Part shown: positions 35,785 to 43,914 of the stretch, in pieces
How the letters are laid out: each line of letters opens with the position of its first letter
How positions within the stretch are numbered: the stretch's first letter is position 1
Source of the DNA: Macrostomum lignano
Taxonomy: Eukaryota
Reading direction: 5' to 3'
Assembly (NCBI GenBank): GCA_002269645.1
Contig: NIVC01004502.1
Location: 1-43,914 of the forward strand
DNA: 43,914 nt
Notes under the pieces: model-generated
Told to the model about the DNA's origin: nothing
Database searches by the model: none
What the model saw: the letters and a program-made list of their open reading frames with translations, nothing else
Translations under genes and position numbers: made by a program

Positions 35785-38640
35785 CCCTCTCCCTTTGCCT
35801 GCGCCCCCTCCCTTCCTCTGCCTGTGCCCTCTCCCTTCCTCTGCCTGTGCCCTCTCCCTTCCTCTGCCTGTGCCCTCTCCCTTCCTCTGTCTGTGCCCTC
35901 TCCCTTTGCCTGCGCCCTCTCCCTTCCTCTGCCTGCGCCCTCTCCCTTCCTCTGCCTGTGCCCTCTCCCTTCCTCTGCCTGTGCCCTCTCCCTTCCTCTG
36001 CCTGTGCCCTCTCCCTTCCTCTGCCTGCGCCCTCTCCCTTCCTCTGCCTGTGCCCTCTCCCTTCCTCTGCCTGTGCCCTCTCCCTTCCTCTGCCTGTGCC
36101 CTCTCCCTTCCTCTGCCTGTGCCCTCTCCCTTCCTCTGCCTGTGCCCTCTCCCTTCCTCTGCCTGTGCCCTCTCCCTTCCTCTGCCTGTGCCCTCTCCCT
36201 TCCTCTGTCTGTGCCCTCTCCCTTTGCCTGCGCCCCCTCCCTTCCTCTGCCTGCGCCCTCTCCCTTCCTCTGCCTGTGCCCTCTCCCTTCCTCTGCCTGT
36301 GCCCTCTCCCTTCCTCTGCCTGTGCCCTCTCTCTTCCTCTGTCTGTGCCCTCTCCCTTTGCCTGCGCCCCCTCCCTTCCTCTGCCTGCGCCCTCTCCCTT
36401 CCTCTGTCTGTGCCCTCTCCCTTCCTCTGCCTGCGCCCTCTCCCTTCCTCTGCCTGTGCCCTCTCCCTTCCTCTGTCTGTGCCCTCTCCCTTTGCCTGTG
36501 CCCTCTCCCTTTGCCTGCGCCCTCTCCCTTCCTCTGTCTGTGCCCTCTCCCTTTGCCTGTGCCCTCTCCCTTTGCCTGCGCCCTCTCCCTTCCTCTGTCT
36601 GTGCCCTCTCCCTTCCTCTGCCTGTGCCCTCTCCCTTCCTCTGCCTGTGCCCTCTCCCTTCCTCTGCCTGTGCCCTCTCCCTCTCCCTTTGCCTGTGCCC
36701 TCTCCCTTCCTCTGCCTGTGCCCTCTCCCTTCCTCTGCCTGTGCCCTCTCCCTTCCTCTGCCTGTGCCCTCTCCCTTCCTCTGTCTGTGCCCTCTCCCTT
36801 TGCCTGTGCCCTCTCCCTTTGCCTGCGCCCTCTCCCTTCCTCTGTCTGTGCCCTCTCCCTTCCTCTGCCTGTGCCCTCTCCCTTCCTCTGTCTGTGCCCT
36901 CTCCCTTTGCCTGCGCCCCCTCCCTTCCTCTGCCTGTGCCCTCTCCCTTCCTCTGCCTGTGCCCTCTCCCTTCCTCTGTCTGTGCCCTCTCCCTTTGCCT
37001 GCGCCCCCTCCCTTCCTCTGCCTGTGCCCTCTCCCTTCCTCTGCCTGTGCCCTCTCCCTTCCTCTGTCTGTGCCCTCTCCTTTGCCTGCGCCCTCTCCCT
37101 TCCTCTGCCTGTGCCCTCTCCCTTCCTCTGCCTGTGCCCTCTCCCTTCCTCTGCCTGTGCCTCTCCCGCTCCCTTTGCCTGTGCCCTCTCCCTTCCTCTG
37201 CCTTTGCCCTCTCCCTTCCTCTGCCTGTGCCCTCTCCCTTCCTCTGCCTGTGCCCTCTCCCTTCCTCTGCCTGTGCCCTCTCCCTTCCTCTGCCTGTGCC
37301 CTCTCCCTTCCTCTGCCTGTGCCCTCTCCCTTCCTCTGCCTGTGCCCTCTCCCTTCCTCTGTCTGTGCCCTCTCCCTTTGCCTGCGCCCCCTCCCTTCCT
37401 CTGCCTGCGCCCTCTCCCTTCCTCTGCCTGTGCCCTCTCCCTTCCTCTGCCTGTGCCCTCTCCCTCTCCCTTTGCCTGTGCCCTCTCCCTTCCTCTGCCT
37501 TTGCCCTCTCCCTTCCTCTGCCTGTGCCCTCTCCCTTCCTCTGCCTGTGCCCTCTCCCTTCCTCTGCCTGTGCCCTCTCCCTTCCTCTGCCTTTGCCCTC
37601 TCCCTTCCTCTGCCTGTGCCCTCTCCCTTTGCCTGCGCCCTCTCCCTTCCTCTGCCTGTGCCCTCTCCCTTCCTCTGCCTGTGCCCTCTCCCTTCCTCTG
37701 CCTGCGCCCTCTCCCTTCCTCTGCCTGTGCCCTCTCCCTTTGCCTGCGCCCTCTCCCTTCCTCTGCCTGTGCCCTCTCCCTTCCTCTGCCTGCGCCCCCT
37801 CCCTTCCTCTGCCTCTGCCCTCTCCCTTCCTCTGCCTGTGCCCTCTCCCTTCCTCTGCCTGTGTCCTCTCCCTTCCTCTGCCTGTGCCCTCTCCCTTCCT
37901 CTGTCTGTGCCCTCTCCCTTTGCCTGTGCCCTCTCCCTTTGCCTGTGCCCTCTCCCTTCCTCTGCCTGTGCCCTCTCCCTTCCTCTGCCTGTGCCCTCTC
38001 CCTTCCTCTGTCTGTGCCCTCTCCCTTTCTCTGCCTGTGCCCTCTCCCTTTGCCTGTGCCCTCTCCCTTTGCCTGTGCCCTCTCCCTTCCTCTGCCTGTG
38101 CCCTCTCCCTTCCTCTGCCTGTGCCCTCTCCCTCTCCCTTTGCCTGTGCCCTCTCCCTTTGCCTGTGCCCTCTCCCTTCCTCTGTCTGTGCCCTCTCCCT
38201 TCCTCTGCATGTGCCCTCTCCCTTTGCCTGTGCCCTCTCCCTTCCTCTGCCTGTGCCCTCTCCCTTCCTCTGCCTGTGCCCTCTCCCTTTGCCTGTGCCC
38301 TCTCCCTTCCTCTGCCTGTGCCCTCTCCCTTCCTCTGCCTGTGCCCTCTCCCTTCCTCTGCCTGTGCCCTCTCCCTTCCTCTGCCTGTGCCCTCTCCCTC
38401 TCCCTTTGCCTGTGCCCTCTCCCTTCCTCTGCCTGTGCCCTCTCCCTTCCTCTGCCTGTGCCCTCTCCCTTCCTCTGCCTGTGCCCTCTCCATTTGCCTG
38501 TGCCCTCTCCATTTGCCTGTGCCCTCTCCATTTGCCTGTGCCCTCTCCCTTCCTCTGCCTGTGCCCTCACCCTTCCTCTGCCTGTGCCCTCTCCCTTCCT
38601 CTGCCTGTGCCCTCTCCCTTCCTTTGCCTCTGCCCCTCTT
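35785..38640. repeat. ~2.85-kb pyrimidine-rich composite satellite (23-bp and 17-bp units)
   Basis: Units CCCTCTCCCTTCCTCTGCCTGTG and CCCTCTCCCTTTGCCTGTG-type variants; stop-free in all six frames. Confidence 0.98.
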
Positions 38641-39075
38641 CTAGAAGAAGTTCTGATGTTTTGAATCCCTCCTGCTAGCCGTGCCTGACAGATCCCTATA
38701 GCCCAGCAAATTGAAGCCCAGATCCCCGAGGCCAGCCTTCAACGGATGAAGCTGCTGGTTAATTAGATTCTACTCGCGTTCCCGCCGCCTTCAGGCGCTC
38801 CATCCGCTTAATGCCGGCAATGCCAAGCCAAGGGAATCGGAAATGTTCCATCGGTGTTGAATTAAAATTTCAAAACTGCGGTGAGCCGGCAGTTCAGTTT
38901 TGTACAGTAAACAGGAAATGGAGCCGGCACCATGCCTTTGAAGCTCTTTGATGCAGCTGCGGTGTTTGCAAAGACCAACCCGGATAAACTGTCCGATAAT
39001 CTGCTTCCACAATTTTGCTCAACAGCCTCATGCAGCTTGGATTGCCGCTTCCCAACCTAGCGTGCTGCGGTGCGA

Positions 39076-39770
<695 letters not shown>

Positions 39771-40147
39771 CGTGAATGAACTACTCGTAAAAATACTTTA
39801 GATCTCTGCCTCACACCGATATTTAATGAACTTTTTGCCAGGTCAAGCAGTTCTTCACTCTTTGAACCAGCCATTCAACTTCATTGGAGACTTTTTTAGG
39901 CAGACGGAGCCGAAGAAAGGCGTTGTTAATTTATTCTGCAAATAACTTTCTACGAGTTTGAGTATTTGAGTAGAAAATTAAAAAACCATCCTGCTCGACT
40001 TCTTCCAACTCAGAATTCCGGCTTCCGTGATGTGAAGTTTGTTTGCCTGATCCTGGAGTCGGGTTCCTATTACAGCTTCTTAGACTGACTCACTGGCTCT
40101 CTCTCGGTCTCCCGCTATTGAAGTTTCACTGAGGTAGCTCCAAGGTG

Positions 40148-40410
40148 AGCCCTCTCTCCCTCTCACCCTCTCTCCCAGTCTCCCTCTCTCCCAGTCTCCC
40201 TTCCTCCCAGCCTCCCTCTCTCCCTCTCTCCCTCACCCTTCCGTCTCTCCGTCTCTTGCTCTCTTCCAGTCTCCCTCTCTCCCTCTCCCCCTCTCCCCCT
40301 CTCCCACTCTCTCCACCTCTCCCTCTCTTCCAGTCTCCCTCTCTCTCTCCGCCTCTCTCCCTCTCTCTCTCCCTCTCTACCCTTCTCCCTCTATCCCTCT
40401 CTTTGTTCCC
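40148..40410. repeat. CT-rich low-complexity tract
   Basis: Degenerate (CT)n/(CCTCT)n. Confidence 0.85.
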
Positions 40411-40488
40411 TCATTGTCCCAATCTAACAAATTAGCTGATTCTCTGTCCCTCTCACCCCAAAGCCTCCGTCACCACCTTCAGCCTCAC

Positions 40489-40586
40489 CCGGCTCCGGAG
40501 GCGCCCTCCTGCCGGCCGGCAGTGATGAGGTTGGCCTTGTCGCCCCTGTCTCCGCCGCTCACTCGCTCCGCCAGCTGGGCGAACAT
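40489..40586 (-). CDS. Possible first coding exon of the ZnT gene (MFAQLAERVSGGDRGDKANLITAG...)
   Basis: GC-rich open frame from ATG 40586 ending at a GG|GTGAGG donor. The phase (2) does not join the 35687 exon directly, so at least one more exon or a different model is needed. Confidence 0.3.
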
Positions 40587-40825
40587 GTCCTGCAGATGCC
40601 GGCTGAACTGCGGCTCGCTCGGTTTGGGGCGCGTGGCTTGGCTAATTTTAAACACGCCGGATTTTCCCGTCTCGATATGGACAGCCCAGGCTGGCTGAGA
40701 GCCCTGGAGCCAATGGGAAGCTGCTGAGAACAGCGAGATGCAGTGAGATAATGATTCGTATTGGCGGTAGATCAGGTTGGTGACTGGAGAGAAAGGAAGG
40801 TGAAAAATTGCAAATGCTTTCAAGC

Positions 40826-41850
40826 ACGCTAGATTAGCAATCCATGATGGGCTAGATTAGCAATCCATGATAGGCTAGATTAGCAATCCATGATGGGCTA
40901 GATAAGCAATCCATGATAGGCTAGATTAGCAATCCATGATAGGCTAGATTAGCAATCCATGATGGGCTAGATAAGCAATCCATGATGGGCTAGATTAGCA
41001 ATCCATGATGGGCTAGATTAGCAATCCATGATGGGCTTGATTAGCAATCCATTCTATTCCTGCAGCCATGATAGGCTAGATTAGCAATCCATTCTATTCC
41101 TGCACCATGATAGGCTAGATTAGCAATCCATTCTATTCCTGCAGCCATAATAGGCTAGATTAGCAATCCATTCTATTCCTGCACCCATGATAGGCTAGAT
41201 TAGCAATCCATGATGGGCTAGATTAGCAATCCATTCTATTCCTGCACCCATGATAGGCTAGATTAGCAATCCATGATGGGCTAGATTAGCAATCCATGAT
41301 GGGCTAGATTAGCAATCCATGATGGCTAGATTAGCATCCATGATAGGCTAGATTAGCAATCCATGATGGGCTAGATTAGCAATCCATGATGGGCTAGATT
41401 AGCAATCCATGATAGGCTAGATTAGCAATCCATGATGGGCTAGATTAGCAATCCATGATGGGCTAGATTAGCAATCCATTCTATTCCTGCCAGCATGACA
41501 GGCTAGATTAGCAATCCATTCTATTCCTTGCACATGATAGGCTAGATTAGCAATCCATTCTATTCCTGCACCCATGATAGGCTAGATTAGCAATCCATTC
41601 TATTCCTGCACCCATGATAGGCTAGATTAGCAATCCATTCTATTCCTGCACCATGATAGGCTAGATTAGCAATCCGTTCTGTTCCTGCAGCCATGATAGG
41701 CTAGATTAGCAATCCATTCTATTCCTGCATCCATGATAGGCTAGATTAGCAATCCATTCTATTCCTGCACCCATGATTTCTAGATTAGCAATCCATTCTA
41801 CTCCTGCATCCCTGATGGGCTAGATTAGCAGTCCATTCTATTCCTGCACC
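40826..41850 (+). repeat. Satellite array, mixed 40-bp and 23-bp units
   Basis: GGCTAGATTAGCAATCCATTCTATTCCTGCAGCCATGATA and the deleted form GGCTAGATTAGCAATCCATGAT(G/A). Confidence 0.97.
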
Positions 41851-42099
41851 AGCGCCACGGCTACGGGCAAAAGTCGCAGCTAATCGGTCGCGCAGCCTCA
41901 CACTGATTCACAAACATTTCTGGGCCAGGTCAATTCAGGGGCGGCAGAAAAGTGCAGACCATCAAAATAAATAGCTGCTCCAGAACTGAGCAAACCGGCC
42001 GACTATTTGATGATGCCTGCCCAGCCCTACTGGCAGCGCCACCGAACAGACGGGTTGAAATCGCTTCCCACATTATACAGCTGATTAACTGATAGACAG

Positions 42100-43914
42100 G
42101 TACGATGCAGGAATAGAATGGATTGCTAATCTAGCCTATCATGGATGCAGGAATAGAACGAATTGCTAATCTAGCCTATCATGGCTGCAGGAATAGAATG
42201 GATTGCTAATCTAGCCTATCATGGCTGCAGGAATAGAATGGATTGCTAATCTAGCCTATCATGGCTGCAGGAATAGAACGGATTGCTAATCTAGCCTATC
42301 ATGGGTGCAGGAATAGAATGGATTGCTAATCTAGCCTATCATGGATGCAGGAATAGAACGGATTGCTAATCTAGCCTATCATGGGTGCAGGAATAGAACG
42401 AATTGCTAATCTAGCCTATCATGATGCAGAATAGAATGGGATTGCTAATCTAGCCTATCATGGCTGCAGGAATAGAATGGATTGCTAATCTAGCCTATCA
42501 TGGGTGCAGGAATAGAATGGATGCTAATCTAGCCTATCATGGTGCAGGAATAGAATGGATTGCTAATCTAGCCTATCATGGCTGCAGGAATAGAACGGAT
42601 TGCTAATCTAGCCTATCATGGCTGCAGGAATAGAACGGATTGCTAATCTAGCCTATCATGGCTGCAGGAATAGAATGGATTGCTAATCTAGCCTATCATG
42701 GATGCAGGAATAGAATGGATTGCTAATCTAGCCTATCATCACGGATGCAGGAATAGAATGGATTGCTAATCTAGCCTATCATGGCTGCAGGAATAGAACG
42801 GATTGCTAATCTAGCCTATCATGGATGCAGGAATAGAATGGATTGCTAATCTAGCTTATCATGGATGCAGGAATAGAATGGATTGCTAATCTAGCCTATC
42901 ATGGCTGCAGGAATAGAACGGATTGCTAATCTAGCCTATCATGGCTGCAGGAATAGAACGGATTGCTAATCTAGCCTATCATGGCTGCAGGAATAGAATG
43001 CATTGCTAATCTAGCCTATCATGGCTGCAGGAATAGAACGGATTGCTAATCTAGCCTATCATGGCTGCAGGAATAGAATGATTGCTAATCTAGCCTATCA
43101 TGGATGCAGGAATAGAATGCATTGCTAATCTAGCCTATCATGGATGCAGGAATAGAATGGATTGCTAATCTAGCCTATCATGGATGCAGGAATAGAATGG
43201 ATTGCTAATCTAGCCTATCATGGGTGCAGGAATAGAATGGATTGCTAATCTAGCCTATCATGGATGCAGGAATAGAACGGATTGCTAATCTAGCCTATCA
43301 TGGCTGCAGGAATAGAACGGATTGCTAATCTAGCCTATCATGGCTGCAGGAATAGAATGCATTGCTAATCTAGCCTATCATGGCTGCAGGAATAGAACGG
43401 ATTGCTAATCTAGCCTATCATGGCTGCAGGAATAGAATGCATTGCTAATCTAGCCTATCATGGATGCAGGAATAGAATGGATTGCTAATCTAGCCTATCA
43501 TGGATGCAGGAATAGAATGGATTGCTAATCTAGCCTATCATGGATCAGGAATAGAATGGATTGCTAATCTAGCCTATCATGGATGCAGAATAGAATGGAT
43601 TGCTAATCTAGCCTATCATGGATGCAGGAATAGAACGGATTGCTAATCTAGCCTATCATGGCTGCAGGAATAAATGGATTGCTAATCTAGCCTATCATGG
43701 CTGCAGGAATAGAATGGATTGCTAATCTAGCCTATCATGGCTGCAGGAAATAGAATGGATTGCTAATCTAGCCTATCATGGCTGCAGGAATAGAATGCAT
43801 TGCTAATCTAGCCTATCATGTGCAGGAATAGAATGGATTGCTAATCTAGCCTATCATGGGTGCAGGAATAGAATGGATTGCTAATCTAGCCTATCATGCT
43901 GCAGGAATAGAATG
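42100..43914 (-). repeat. Same 40-bp satellite in inverted orientation, running off the window
   Basis: Unit ATGGCTGCAGGAATAGAATGGATTGCTAATCTAGCCTATC, the reverse complement of the left array. Confidence 0.97.

Noticed and set aside
40826-43914. Regularly spaced repeats resembling a CRISPR array
   Set aside because: The intervening sequence is identical between units (no unique spacers), there are no cas genes, and the context is eukaryotic.

Overview
Eukaryotic, intron-rich animal DNA with GC-rich exons and minisatellite-filled introns. The style suggests a free-living flatworm such as Macrostomum (inference, not verified). Three genes can be reconstructed by hand from splice sites and reading-frame phases. 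(1) A single-coding-exon neuropeptide precursor on + (5803-6327) with a signal peptide and 12 Gly-Lys-Arg/Gly-Lys-Lys-Arg-terminated LL-amide peptides, mostly AG(Y/F)RGLL-amide. (2) A 16-exon gene on - (24122->8169, ~1500 aa) encoding a hillarin/kyphoscoliosis-peptidase-like protein with two tandem transglutaminase-like modules; both lack the catalytic Cys, and one exon has an apparent 1-bp frameshift. (3) A ZnT2-subfamily (SLC30) zinc transporter on - (>=35687->27669). Also present are a partial unidentified gene at the left edge, a 5'-truncated non-LTR retrotransposon with a 14-bp TSD, a CORE-type SINE, a tRNA-like SINE head, ~25 distinct tandem arrays (most introns carry their own) and two inverted arrays of a 40-bp satellite at the right edge. 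Most long ORFs in the supplied track are artefacts of these repeats. Highlights are the neuropeptide precursor and a dense cluster of RFX X-box motifs, partly amplified as a minisatellite, between the two halves of the hillarin-like gene.
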